From Anaerolineae bacterium (GTDB taxonomy: Bacteria > Chloroflexota > Anaerolineae > Aggregatilineales > Phototrophicaceae): 64,000 bases of DNA. Positions 10,080 through 19,642 of the stretch are shown here, in pieces (position 1 is the first letter of the stretch; the number at the start of each line of letters is the position of its first letter). The stretch is from contig JBGSXK010000217.1 in NCBI GenBank assembly GCA_041751455.1, positions 69,526-133,525 on the forward strand, in the 5' to 3' direction. Both the position numbers and the translations under genes were made by a program. Below the pieces are notes generated by a model. It ran no database searches and was not told the origin of the DNA. It saw only the letters and a list, made by a program, of their open reading frames with translations.

Positions 10080-12830
10080 ATGCACCGGAAATTCTTCACA
10101 GTTTTCTGCCTGATGGGTGTTTTGCTGGGCAGTGTCGGACTGGCCTCGGCTCATGCGAATCTCGCCCGCTCCGAACCTCCTGCCAACAGCATATTGTTCG
10201 AAGCCCCGGCAGAAATCCGCCTGTATTTCACCGAGCCGCTCGAATCTGGCTTCAGCAGCATCCAACTGCGCGATGCGACAGGTATCCCACTGGAGCTTGC
10301 ACCGGCAGAAATTGACCCCGACGACCCGCTGCAAATGGTCTTAAAGCCCGGTGAACTGCCCGATGGCCTCTATACCGTCGCCTGGCGGGCGCTTTCCAGC
10401 ACCGACGGACATCTGACACAGAGCAGTTTCCCCCTGGTCATCGGCGCGGCGGCAGGGCAGGGGGGGCTGGTAGCGCTGATTGAGGAATCTGTTCCGGCAG
10501 AAAGTACACTCGTGCGCTGGCTCAATCTCTTTAGCATCGCGCTGGTGGCCGGGAGTATTGCTTTTGTGCTGCTGGTCTGGCGTGGCGCGGTGCTCGAAGG
10601 CCAGCCTCATATTGAACAGCGGATGCGGTGGTTAATCTGGTTAAGCTGGTGGTTCCTGGGTGTGACCACCGCGCTTGTCCTGCTGCTGCAAGTGGCAATT
10701 GTTACTGAGGCTTCCATCGTGGCCGCGGCCACTGATTTTGTCCAGATCGAACGCATGTTAGCCACTCGTTTTGGTGAATTATGGCTGCTGCGTCTGGGGG
10801 CGTGGGGGCTGGTGGGCGCGGCGCTGCTCTTTGCCCGTCGTACTGTGGGTGCGTACTGGCTGGCGCTGCTGGCCTGTGCTGTTCTGATGCTGGCGCAAAG
10901 TCTGTTCAGCCATGCCAGCGGTACAGAGGATGCGTTCCCGGCGGTGCTGGCGGACTGGCTGCATCTGGCGGCCATGAGCCTGTGGATTGGTGGGCTGGTG
11001 CAGTTTGTTAATGTGATCGGCCCCGCCCGCCGCCTTTTAGACCCTGCTGCGCAGACTATAGGCAGGCTGGTGGGCTACTTTTCCAATCTGGCGCGCGCGG
11101 CAGTAGGCCTTTTGGTTGTCACGGGTTTCTATTCTGGTTGGCTTCAGGTCGGCTCGCTGGATGCACTGCTGACCACGCTTTACGGGCAGGCGCTTCTGAT
11201 CAAACTGGTGCTGATGCTGCCGCTGCTGGGCATCGCGGCGGTGAATCTGGTTTTTACCCAGCAGCGTTTGCTGTCCGGCGAAACCATCTGGATCGACAGG
11301 CTGCGCCGTCTTGTGGGCGTGGAGATCGCGCTGACCGTGTTGATCCTCGGTGCGGTGGGCGTGATGACCGCTGTTTCACCCGCGCGCAGTACGGCAGCCA
11401 TGCGTGCCGCGCTGCCGGATTTCACCCCACCGTCGCCCATCGTGGAAACTTACGCCACGGCAGACCTTCAGGCTGATCTGGAAATTACCCCCGGCCTGGT
11501 GGGCGAAAATACATTTACGCTGACCCTCGCTGCATCAGATGGCACACCGATTGAAGATGCCAGCCTGATTCGTCTGCGCTTCGATCATCAGACCGAGCGC
11601 CTGGGCACCAGCGAACTGCGCCCGGAGCCTGTAGGCGGCGGCCAGTACCGCATCAGCGGTGCGAATCTCAGTGTGGCCGGGGAATGGCGCATCCGTGCAA
11701 CAGTACAGCGTCCCGGTGAGTTTGACAGCGTGATTGATTACCATCCTCTGCTGGAGGTCTTCACACCACCACCGCCCCCGCCTGTGATCGATACCCGTAT
11801 CCCGGTAGATCATCGCCTGTTGGCGCTTTTGGGGTTGGGTGTACTCTGCATCGGCCTGGGTGCGCTCTTAAAAGAGGAAAAGCTGCTGACCACGCTCATC
11901 ATGACAGCGGGCGCGATATTTCTGGTGAGTACCATTCCGCTGGCACAGGTGGGCGAAACGAATGGTGTCCACGCGGGCGACAGCTTTATTGCCGCGCCTG
12001 CTTCCCCCGTGCGGCTGGCGATTTCCAGCACGATGGATATGCCGCTGCTGGTTACGGCTCAGGGCACGCTTTTGCAGCCCGATGGTCAGGGACAGTGGCA
12101 GCCCTTTATGCTGGATGCACTGGTGCAGGATGTCTATGTAGAAGCCAGCAGCACGTTATGGGTGGTAGCCGATGACGGTGTCTATCGTTACAAACAGGGC
12201 GAACCCTGGCTGCACATCCATGACATGCCCGGTCGCCGTGTGGTCATGACTCATGGCTTTTTATATGCCATTGGCGACGAGGGCATCACGCGCTTCCATG
12301 AGCAGGGGGGTGAACTGCTGGAACGTGAAATTAACCTGCCGCAGCCGGAAGCATGGCCAGACGATTTTGTGATGCTCGGCAACCATACCCATGTGCTGCT
12401 CATGGGTGGCGCGGTGTTCCAGAGTATCGACCTCGGTTTGAGCTGGGAGCCGCTGGATGCGCCTGCACCCATTCACCGCATTGGCCTTGACCCGGATGGT
12501 GAACTATTGGCCGCCACTGACGATCACCTGCTGCGCTGGGGGCGGGCAAATCGTGGCTGGCAAACGCTGCTCCTGCTGCCGGAAGGTCAGCCCATCGAGG
12601 CGATACAACCCTTTAATGGCCGTATTTATATTGCTGCCGGGGGCAGACTCTACACGCCAGGGTGGGAGAATTGGAACGCAGTCAATCTGCCTGAAGCAGG
12701 CGACGCTTATATTACCGCGCTGGCCGACCAGTATCCTGACCGCCTGTGGGCGCTGGATGCGGCAGAGTCGCGCCTGTTCTCCACCCAGGACGGCCAGACC
12801 TGGGAGGTGCAGCCCATCTCGACCGGATGA
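10080..12830 (+). CDS. CopC-CopD copper-resistance fusion protein with an Ig-like domain and a C-terminal BNR/Asp-box propeller-like domain
   Basis: Signal peptide, then CopC start HANLARSEPPANS...TDGH. A polytopic CopD-like region follows, then a YtkA/FixH-like segment (LEITPGLVGENTFTLTL...EWRIRATV). After further TM helices the C-terminal part has Asp-box-like motifs SIDLGLSW and STQDGQTW. Confidence 0.75.
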   Translation: MHRKFFTVFCLMGVLLGSVGLASAHANLARSEPPANSILFEAPAEIRLYFTEPLESGFSSIQLRDATGIPLELAPAEIDPDDPLQMVLKPGELPDGLYTVAWRALSSTDGHLTQSSFPLVIGAAAGQGGLVALIEESVPAESTLVRWLNLFSIALVAGSIAFVLLVWRGAVLEGQPHIEQRMRWLIWLSWWFLGVTTALVLLLQVAIVTEASIVAAATDFVQIERMLATRFGELWLLRLGAWGLVGAALLFARRTVGAYWLALLACAVLMLAQSLFSHASGTEDAFPAVLADWLHLAAMSLWIGGLVQFVNVIGPARRLLDPAAQTIGRLVGYFSNLARAAVGLLVVTGFYSGWLQVGSLDALLTTLYGQALLIKLVLMLPLLGIAAVNLVFTQQRLLSGETIWIDRLRRLVGVEIALTVLILGAVGVMTAVSPARSTAAMRAALPDFTPPSPIVETYATADLQADLEITPGLVGENTFTLTLAASDGTPIEDASLIRLRFDHQTERLGTSELRPEPVGGGQYRISGANLSVAGEWRIRATVQRPGEFDSVIDYHPLLEVFTPPPPPPVIDTRIPVDHRLLALLGLGVLCIGLGALLKEEKLLTTLIMTAGAIFLVSTIPLAQVGETNGVHAGDSFIAAPASPVRLAISSTMDMPLLVTAQGTLLQPDGQGQWQPFMLDALVQDVYVEASSTLWVVADDGVYRYKQGEPWLHIHDMPGRRVVMTHGFLYAIGDEGITRFHEQGGELLEREINLPQPEAWPDDFVMLGNHTHVLLMGGAVFQSIDLGLSWEPLDAPAPIHRIGLDPDGELLAATDDHLLRWGRANRGWQTLLLLPEGQPIEAIQPFNGRIYIAAGGRLYTPGWENWNAVNLPEAGDAYITALADQYPDRLWALDAAESRLFSTQDGQTWEVQPISTG

Positions 12831-12906
12831 CAGCGGCATTTGCCTGCTCGCGCTGCCATCGCTATACTCATGGTTACACAACGAGTACAGAAGTGGAACC
12901 TTAATA

Positions 12907-13962
12907 ATGCCTGAAAATCATCACTCATCCCGTGCTCTGAAAGCCACTTCCGACTCTACCACGCCCGCTTTAAAAAATGCGGTCGAGCTGTGGGCGGCGG
13001 CCACCACCAGCCCAGAGAGTGACCGCCGTCACGATTTGCTGCGCGACAAACAGAAAGCCCTTCTTGGCACAGGCACTCAGGGCACGGCAGCAGGCTTTTT
13101 TATCTGCGTGCCTAAACCGTTGGAGTCCATTACCCCGCTGGATGTTAAAACCTGGCAGGCTTATCTGGAAGACATGGGCTTAGCCCCAGCCAGCGTCTAC
13201 GCGCATATCAGCCGCCTGTCCAGCTTTTACGAGTGGCTGTTGAGCGAACCTGCTTTCAAAGATCGCATCCACGCCAACCCTGTGCCATTGGCCCGACCCA
13301 GAGCACCAAAGGCCTACCAGAGCGAAAAGACACAGGCGCTCAGTGATGAGGATGCGCGCGCGCTGCTTCAGGTTGTCCAGGCGGAAGCACTCAAAGGCAG
13401 TCTCAGCGCTCGGCGCGATTATGCCCTGCTCCGGTTTTTCTTTGCGACAGGCAAACGCCGCAGCGAGATTATCAACCTGCGTTGGGATGACCTGCGCCTC
13501 AGTGAGGATGCGATCATCATGCGCAGCAAAGAGAAAGGTGGTCTCTACCGTGCGACCGAGATCAATGACCCCGGTGTGCGCAGTGCCCTCTTCACCTATC
13601 TTAAAGCCTCTGAACGTTGGGATGAGGTTGAGAACCGGCCTCTGATGGAGCAGGACGAACCCCTCTGGCTGCGTCATGACCGTGCCGCTAAGGGAAAGCA
13701 GCCCGTCACCTCACATGGTTTTGTCAAACTATTCAAGCATTATGCAAAACAGGCTGGTCTCGGCAATCTTCATTTGCACCAGACACGCCACACGGTAGCA
13801 CGCATGGTGGGTGAACAGGCGGGTGATCTGGCCGAAGTACAAACTGTTCTCGGCCACCAGAACATCAGCACCACGCGGGTTTATCTTGATCGCATTAGCA
13901 TCAAGCGCGATAAACACAGTCAGCGCATCGCTCACCGCCTGGGGCTGGACGATGAAGAATAG
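12907..13962 (+). CDS. Tyrosine site-specific recombinase (phage-integrase/XerC-D family)
   Basis: SAM-like N-domain (VKTWQAYLEDMGLAPASVYAHISRLSSFY). Catalytic motifs are ATGKRRSEI (Arg), HLHQTRHTVA (HxxR) and LGHQNISTTRVY (His/Tyr). ATG 12907 was chosen because the ORF-track extension back to 12457 overlaps copCD out of frame. Confidence 0.85.
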   Translation: MPENHHSSRALKATSDSTTPALKNAVELWAAATTSPESDRRHDLLRDKQKALLGTGTQGTAAGFFICVPKPLESITPLDVKTWQAYLEDMGLAPASVYAHISRLSSFYEWLLSEPAFKDRIHANPVPLARPRAPKAYQSEKTQALSDEDARALLQVVQAEALKGSLSARRDYALLRFFFATGKRRSEIINLRWDDLRLSEDAIIMRSKEKGGLYRATEINDPGVRSALFTYLKASERWDEVENRPLMEQDEPLWLRHDRAAKGKQPVTSHGFVKLFKHYAKQAGLGNLHLHQTRHTVARMVGEQAGDLAEVQTVLGHQNISTTRVYLDRISIKRDKHSQRIAHRLGLDDEE

Positions 13963-13971
13963 CCCCCTGCC

Positions 13972-14517
13972 CTACTGTCGAAGCTTGCGCACGTAGGCCG
14001 CGCTGTCTGGGATATGCACCGGTAAATGACGGTACATCGGGCGCGGCGGCGCGACCAGAATCGCCTCCAGCATCCCGCCCAGATCAGACGCTTCGCTGTC
14101 TTCATAAGGCGCGGGGCTGTACCATGCCTCGTCCGTCAAATCGCTGATTGCCCGCATCAGATTTGTCTGCGTCTGCTCCCATTCTGCCAGGGTCTCGGCC
14201 AGGGTTTGTCCACGACGCTGCTCGATTCCGCCGTAATGCACTTCACGACTGCGCGCCGGGCTGCGCATCGCGTCGGTAATCCAGTGCCTTTGCCCCTGTG
14301 TCCAGGCTTCAATGGCCTCAATGGCATAAACTTCGTAGGTAATGAGATGCGCCAGAAGGTCTTTGAACGAAAGTTCCTGGTCAGCATATAGCCCATACTC
14401 AATCGTATCGTGCCGGGTCATCTCTTCTTCGGTTAGGTTGTCAATCAGCGCGCGAACAGCCTCATGTTCCACGCCCAGCAGTTCCAGCGCTTTTTTCCGG
14501 TTTGCGGTCGCTTGCAT
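13972..14517 (-). CDS. DinB/ClbS-like four-helix-bundle protein
   Basis: The size and the pattern LLAHLITYEVYAIEAIEAW...TLAEWEQTQTNLM resemble DinB-superfamily/DUF1706-like proteins. No catalytic assignment is possible. Confidence 0.45.
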   Translation of the reverse strand: MQATANRKKALELLGVEHEAVRALIDNLTEEEMTRHDTIEYGLYADQELSFKDLLAHLITYEVYAIEAIEAWTQGQRHWITDAMRSPARSREVHYGGIEQRRGQTLAETLAEWEQTQTNLMRAISDLTDEAWYSPAPYEDSEASDLGGMLEAILVAPPRPMYRHLPVHIPDSAAYVRKLRQ

Positions 14518-14653
14518 AGCTTTGCTCCCTCATGCAAAAATCTTTTTCTTTTGGCCGATGATACCCTGATCTTCCGCCCCATGCCCAGTAACCGCAGGTT
14601 AACAGGTAGAGTCGCGGTGGGCATCAGTGGCGTTTTTCCAGTACACTGGGCAC

Positions 14654-15775
14654 ATGATACACTTAAACAGATGCCTATGGTTCGTGTTGGTTTTCGGCCT
14701 GCTGCTCACTGGCCTGCCCGCCAGGGGCCAGCCCCACCCCTTCCCTGATGGTGTGGTCATGCCGCTGGATATGTTTTTGCGTTTGCGTGCCACACCCAGC
14801 ACCGAAAGCGCCATACTCGACCAGCTTGCCAGCGGCACCACACTCCGTATTATTGGTCGCACGGCGGATAATACCTGGCTGGAAGTCGAAACTGAGCGTT
14901 ACAGTACGGGCTGGGTTTACGCAGACTATGTACAGGTGTTTGTCGATCTGGAAGGGGTAATGGTGCGCACAGATGCAGGGGCAGCGCTGGATTATGGGTC
15001 GGTGGTAATAGGAGATGTCGAAGCAGCCCGCGCAGTTTTCCTGCGTGGCCAGCAGATGGGCAGTCGGGCAGATGTATTCTCGAAGGTTGGCGACAGTATC
15101 ACTGTCTCCGGCCACATGCTGCATCCCATCAGCCGAGGCCTGTATCAGCTTGGTGATTTTATTTATTTGCAACCAGTGATTGATTATTTTTCAGCCGCGA
15201 CTGCCCGCAGCAGCGATTCATTTGGCAATACCTCGTTGGCCGCCGGGGTGGGCTGGTCGGCGGCAGCGGTCCTGGACTCCGCCTACGCCGATAGCGAACT
15301 GTGCCTGCCGGATGAGCCTCCGCTTAGCTGCGAGTACCGGCTTGTGCGGCCAGCCCTGGCGCTGATTATGTTTGGCACCAACGATGTGGGTTATCGCCCA
15401 CCTGCTGCTTATCGTGCCGACTTGGAACGTATCGTGCAGATTTCAATCAATGCGGGTGTGCTGCCTGTCCTCAGTACACTTCCCCTGCGCGTGGGCTACG
15501 AAGCCCAGGTAGAGCAGTTTAACCAGATCGTGCGCGAAACCGCCCTCGCCCACCAGATGCCGCTGTGGGATTATGCCCGCGCGATGGCGACAGCAGGTCG
15601 CCTCGGCCTGGATGACGATGGTGTTCACCCCTCTATTCCGGCACGTGGCTACGAAGGCGCTGCCGATTTCCGCACCTGGAATCTGCACTCCGGTTATGTC
15701 CTGCGCAATCTCACGGCGCTGCATGTGCTGGATGTAATCTGGCGCGAGGTTATCATCCCCTCTGGCGAAGCCTAA
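14654..15775 (+). CDS. Secreted SH3b-domain / SGNH (GDSL) hydrolase-family protein, paralog 1
   Basis: Signal peptide MIHLNRCLWFVLVFGLLLTG. SH3b block LRATPSTESAILDQLASGTTLRIIGRTADNTWLEVE...GWVYADYV. SGNH blocks are KVGDSIT (I), MFGTNDV (III) and DDDGVHPS (V). Paralog of 23457-24596. Confidence 0.8.
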   Translation: MIHLNRCLWFVLVFGLLLTGLPARGQPHPFPDGVVMPLDMFLRLRATPSTESAILDQLASGTTLRIIGRTADNTWLEVETERYSTGWVYADYVQVFVDLEGVMVRTDAGAALDYGSVVIGDVEAARAVFLRGQQMGSRADVFSKVGDSITVSGHMLHPISRGLYQLGDFIYLQPVIDYFSAATARSSDSFGNTSLAAGVGWSAAAVLDSAYADSELCLPDEPPLSCEYRLVRPALALIMFGTNDVGYRPPAAYRADLERIVQISINAGVLPVLSTLPLRVGYEAQVEQFNQIVRETALAHQMPLWDYARAMATAGRLGLDDDGVHPSIPARGYEGAADFRTWNLHSGYVLRNLTALHVLDVIWREVIIPSGEA

Positions 15776-17493
15776 GCCTCCAGCACTTCTCTGCGCCATT
15801 TGTCGCGGTTCGCGCCGCGCGCGATCTTGCCGCTGGAGGTTTTCACCAGCCACTGCGCCCCCACCAGATGCACATAGCTGATCGTCACCGTCGTTTGCTG
15901 GGCCACCGCCTGCCGAATCGCCAGCCCGATCTGCCGCCGCGCTTCGGTATCATCTGCATCCACTTCGGCTACCACCGCGATGAGTTCTGTCCCCTCACGC
16001 TCATCATCGATCCCGAAAGCCACGACTCTGCCGGGATGCACCCCGGCTACCCCGTTTACAATCGCCTCAATATCCTGCGGGTAAACGTTCTTGCCGCCGT
16101 TGATAATCAGGTCCTTCGAGCGCCCGACAATATACACCTCACCCCCGGCCATATAACCTCTGTCCCCGGTCAGATACCAACCGTCCGCCGTGAACGGATT
16201 CAGGTCTGGACGTTGATAATAACCCGTCAGCAAACAACCGCTCTGAATAGCGATTTCGCCCACATAGCGCTCTGGTAATTCATGCCCCTGCCCATCCACC
16301 ACCTTGACCTGCGTCCCTTGGATAGGCGCACCGCACGAAACTACACTGGCCGCTTCCGCGGCCTCCGTCTCAACAGGAACGGCGCGCAGGTCGTTTTCCA
16401 GCGCGTGACGCTGCACCCAATCGACACGACTGCCCTGCCCTGGTGGAGTCTGTGTCACGGCGAAGACATTCTCGGCCATTGCATAGCTGACCGCCAGCAT
16501 CTCCGGCCTCACACCATGCGGCGCGAAACGCTCGGCAAATAGGGCGTGACTCTCTGCCCGTACAGGCTCGGAACAGTTGATGAATGCTCGCATACTCACC
16601 AGCGATACACCCTCTAAATCTCGCTGGCGGATGCGCCGGGCACAGTGGTTATAGGCGAAGTTCGGCAGCCAGCATAATGTCCCGCCGTAATCATGAATGG
16701 CACGCAGCAGCATGGCCGGATGACGCACCCAATCAAACGGTGACATCAGCACCAGTGGCACACCTTGCACCAGCGGCAGCAGAAACCCGGCGATCAACCC
16801 CATATCATGATACAGCGGCAGCCAGCTCACGATCACATCATGCTCGTTCAGAGCAATCGCCGCGCTGTATGCCGCCAGTTGATTCAGCACTGCCACATGA
16901 CTCAGTGCCACGCCTTTTTGCAGCCCTGTGGTCCCGCTGGAATGTTGCAAAAAGGCAATATCATGTCCGTTTACTGCCTGCCTCTTTCCCCATTGTGGGA
17001 GAGCGGCTTGGGCTGAGGGAGAAATATCCCCATACACTGCGCATCCGACTACCTCTGCCAGTTCCGGCGCGAACTCGTCTGTGGTCAGGACGGCTTTCAC
17101 GTCCGACAGGCGCACCAGTTCGGCCATGCTCTGCATATAAATCGCCGGGTCCAGCTTTTCTGTCAGTGTGGGAAACATCGACGGAATCGCGCCGATCCAC
17201 AGTGCTCCCCAGAACGCGTAAATGCTTTCGAGGTTCTGCGTATGTGCGATCACCACCAGGTCGCGCGCGCCGACTCCCCTGCCCCGCAGTGCGTCAGCAT
17301 AATGTAGGACAGCCGTACGAAAATCCGCCCGTGTAACGGTAATCGCCGCTGCGTCGGTTTCCAGGTAGATGATGGCTGGCGCGTTTATATCTGCGCTTGT
17401 CAGTGTGACCGCGTCGAGCAGGGAGTGGAGCTTTACAGGAGGCTGAGAGGTATGCATGGCAGTTATTTTTATAGGCTGATAAATGCCGCTCAA
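15772..17493 (-). CDS. Fatty-acyl-AMP ligase (FAAL-type adenylate-forming enzyme)
   Basis: AMP motif FLQHSSGTTGLQKGV. FAAL-typical WLPLYHDMGLI and LPNFAYNHC. C-terminal YLTGDRG...GRSKDLII and SSGKI. The start is uncertain (TTG 17493 or ATG 17457). Confidence 0.85.
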   Translation of the reverse strand: MSGIYQPIKITAMHTSQPPVKLHSLLDAVTLTSADINAPAIIYLETDAAAITVTRADFRTAVLHYADALRGRGVGARDLVVIAHTQNLESIYAFWGALWIGAIPSMFPTLTEKLDPAIYMQSMAELVRLSDVKAVLTTDEFAPELAEVVGCAVYGDISPSAQAALPQWGKRQAVNGHDIAFLQHSSGTTGLQKGVALSHVAVLNQLAAYSAAIALNEHDVIVSWLPLYHDMGLIAGFLLPLVQGVPLVLMSPFDWVRHPAMLLRAIHDYGGTLCWLPNFAYNHCARRIRQRDLEGVSLVSMRAFINCSEPVRAESHALFAERFAPHGVRPEMLAVSYAMAENVFAVTQTPPGQGSRVDWVQRHALENDLRAVPVETEAAEAASVVSCGAPIQGTQVKVVDGQGHELPERYVGEIAIQSGCLLTGYYQRPDLNPFTADGWYLTGDRGYMAGGEVYIVGRSKDLIINGGKNVYPQDIEAIVNGVAGVHPGRVVAFGIDDEREGTELIAVVAEVDADDTEARRQIGLAIRQAVAQQTTVTISYVHLVGAQWLVKTSSGKIARGANRDKWRREVLEA

Positions 17494-17567
17494 GATACAT
17501 CAACCCGCCAGTCAATGACAGAGCCGACTTGTGCTACAATCAGGCAAACGAGTGATTGAGGTTTGAT

Positions 17568-18131
17568 ATGGCTGTCCAACTGAAACCGCAGATAACACAG
17601 GCTGACTTCGAAGCCTTTATCCATCTGCCAGAAAACCTTGACCGCACATTTGAACTTGTCGGCGGGGAGATCATCGAAGTGCCTTCAAATCCGTTTGTAT
17701 CCAAAATCGCGGCGAAAATTATCCTTTTCCTGGGGATGTATCTGCTGAACAACGACAGCGGCCATGTGACCGGGGAGGCCGGGGGCTACAGGGTCAATGG
17801 CGAGCTGTACGCGCCGGATGTGGCGTACATCTCCTATGCCCGCCAGCCCGAACTGGCGCACAAGGGTTATAATCCCAATCCGCCGGAAATCGCTGTCGAG
17901 GTTATCTCCGATGCGGACAGCCGTGATGAGCAGGCGACCCTGCGCCGCAAGCTGGCGAATTACCTGGCGGCGGGGGTGCTGGTCTGGGTGGTCAATCCCT
18001 ATGATCGCTTTATCGAGGTATATCTGCCGGGTAAACCTGTAGTGGTGCTGGACGAGAACGGCACGCTGGACGGCGGCGAGATTCTGCCGGGCTTCACCCT
18101 GCCCGTGAAGGACATCTTCCCGAAGGGGTAG
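17568..18131 (+). CDS. Uma2-family (DUF820) endonuclease-fold protein
   Basis: FELVGGEIIEVPSNP...APDVAYI...PEIAVEVISD...KLANYLAAGVLVWVVNP matches the PD-(D/E)xK pattern of Uma2 proteins. ATG 17568 lies 6 nt after GAGG. Confidence 0.8.
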   Translation: MAVQLKPQITQADFEAFIHLPENLDRTFELVGGEIIEVPSNPFVSKIAAKIILFLGMYLLNNDSGHVTGEAGGYRVNGELYAPDVAYISYARQPELAHKGYNPNPPEIAVEVISDADSRDEQATLRRKLANYLAAGVLVWVVNPYDRFIEVYLPGKPVVVLDENGTLDGGEILPGFTLPVKDIFPKG

Positions 18132-18280
18132 AAAGTTTCTGGCTTAGGGTGATTCCCTCCGTTTCTCATGACTCTGAATTTTGGCGGTTCCCTCACAAGC
18201 CATCCATAACCAAACTCCATTAACCCAACTCCATTTTATGTTACTCTATGACCCGGCGTTAAATAAAATTCGTCTGCTTC

Positions 18281-19345
18281 ATGTTTCAAAAAGAGACTAC
18301 CATGCCCACCCTGCCCCATACCACCCTCACCCGTCTTATCCGCGATATCTTCGCCGCTGCGGGCACACCCGATGACATCGCGCAATACGTCGCGGAATCG
18401 CTTGTCACCACCAACCTCACCGGCCACGACTCGCACGGCATTATTCGCGTCAAAGGCTATGTCGTACAGATTCAGAATGGGTCGATCAGGCCGGAAGCCC
18501 TGCCGGTGATCGAGCGGCAGTTTGGCGCAATCGCGGTACTCAATGGACAGTGGGGTTTCGGGCAGGTGACAGCGCGCGAAGGGGCAGGGCTGGCGCGCGA
18601 GATTGCCGCCCAGCAAGGCATCGGCTGTGTCGCACTCAGCGATACCAACCATATCGGACGGCTGGGTGAGTACGCCGAGATGATCGCCCGCGCGGGAATG
18701 GTCGGTATCGTCATGACCAGCGGCACGATGAGCCTCCCGTCAGTGACACCCTACGGTGGCGCAGAGCCGCTCTTTGGCACGAACCCGATGGCGTGGGGAG
18801 TCCCACTTGGCGCGTCCCAGCCGCCGCTGCTGCTGGACTTCGCTACCGCTGCGGTTGCCAACGGCAAGGTGAAAGTCGCGCTGGACAAAGGCGAACCTTT
18901 CCCTGAAGGGATGCTGCTGGATAAGGATGGCTTCGCCACCACCAACCCGGCAGATTTCTATGGCGGCGGGATGCTGCTGCCCTTTGGGACTTACAAAGGT
19001 TATGGCCTCAATCTGATGATGGAAATTGTGCCGGTGCTTTTGAGCGGCTTCGTGCCCATCATGCTGGCAGGCTTCAAACCCGGTAATCCTACCCTGATCT
19101 TCGCGCTCAATGTCGAGGCCTTTACCTCACCCCAGCGCTTTGAGCGGGAAGCCGTCGCACTGCTTCAGCGCGTTAAGCAGGTTAAACCCGCTGCGGGCTA
19201 TGACGAAGTGCTGCTGCCCGGCGAGAAAGAATCGCGTATCATGACCGAGCGGCTGGCAAACGGCATCCCCCTGCCGGAGAAAACCTGGGCGGATTTAGTG
19301 GCCTGCGGGGCAGAGCTGGGGCTTGAGGTTAGCAGCTACACCTGA
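18281..19345 (+). CDS. Ldh_2-family (malate/L-lactate/sulfolactate dehydrogenase-like) oxidoreductase
   Basis: GHDSHGIIR, NHIGRLGEYA and FGTNPMAWGVP are family-typical. ATG 18302 is an alternative start. Confidence 0.8.
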   Translation: MFQKETTMPTLPHTTLTRLIRDIFAAAGTPDDIAQYVAESLVTTNLTGHDSHGIIRVKGYVVQIQNGSIRPEALPVIERQFGAIAVLNGQWGFGQVTAREGAGLAREIAAQQGIGCVALSDTNHIGRLGEYAEMIARAGMVGIVMTSGTMSLPSVTPYGGAEPLFGTNPMAWGVPLGASQPPLLLDFATAAVANGKVKVALDKGEPFPEGMLLDKDGFATTNPADFYGGGMLLPFGTYKGYGLNLMMEIVPVLLSGFVPIMLAGFKPGNPTLIFALNVEAFTSPQRFEREAVALLQRVKQVKPAAGYDEVLLPGEKESRIMTERLANGIPLPEKTWADLVACGAELGLEVSSYT

Positions 19346-19347
19346 GT

Positions 19348-19381
19348 GGGCTGCCGGTGCTTGTCTGAACGTCGGCAGCCC
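19348..19381. terminator. Bidirectional hairpin between convergent genes
   Basis: GGGCTGCCG (19348-19356) pairs with CGGCAGCCC (19373-19381). It lies between the Ldh_2 stop (19345) and the carrier-protein stop (19394). Confidence 0.6.
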
Positions 19382-19393
19382 GCAGGGGTCTCT

Positions 19394-19642
19394 TTATAGG
19401 TCGCGCATGATCCGCGCGATGATCTGATCGAAGGTGTCCATCTTCTCGACTGTCAGATCAGGGTCAGGGATATAGACGTTGAACTCGTTTTCGATGTACA
19501 CGGCCAGTTCCGCCAGCGCGAACGAATCCATCAATCCGTTAGTGATAATACCCTCGCTGTCGCTCAGCGGATAATTTGCATCGCGGATCAGTTCGCGTGT
19601 GATATACCCGCGCAGCTTCTCACGAATTGCACCTTCATCCAT
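19394..19642 (-). CDS. Acyl/peptidyl carrier protein, DltC-like
   Basis: 82 aa with phosphopantetheine site GLMDSFALAEL. DltC, as I remember it, has GIIDSF. Its ATG overlaps the msrA stop by 8 nt. Confidence 0.8.
   Translation of the reverse strand: MDEGAIREKLRGYITRELIRDANYPLSDSEGIITNGLMDSFALAELAVYIENEFNVYIPDPDLTVEKMDTFDQIIARIMRDL

Noticed and set aside
12861-12872. The 12-mer CGCTATACTCAT is shared between the integrase upstream region and the dehydratase promoter region (56779-56790). The 10-mer GTGATTCCCT is shared between 18147 and 59980.
   Set aside because: Exact repeats of 10-12 nt are expected many times by chance in 64 kb when both strands are counted. Both are probably just -10-like or unrelated sequence.
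12457-12906. The 5' extension of the 501-aa ORF-track model for the integrase gene.
   Set aside because: It overlaps the 3' end of copCD in another frame and its residues are Arg/Cys/Pro-rich nonsense. The recognisable integrase domains begin after ATG 12907.
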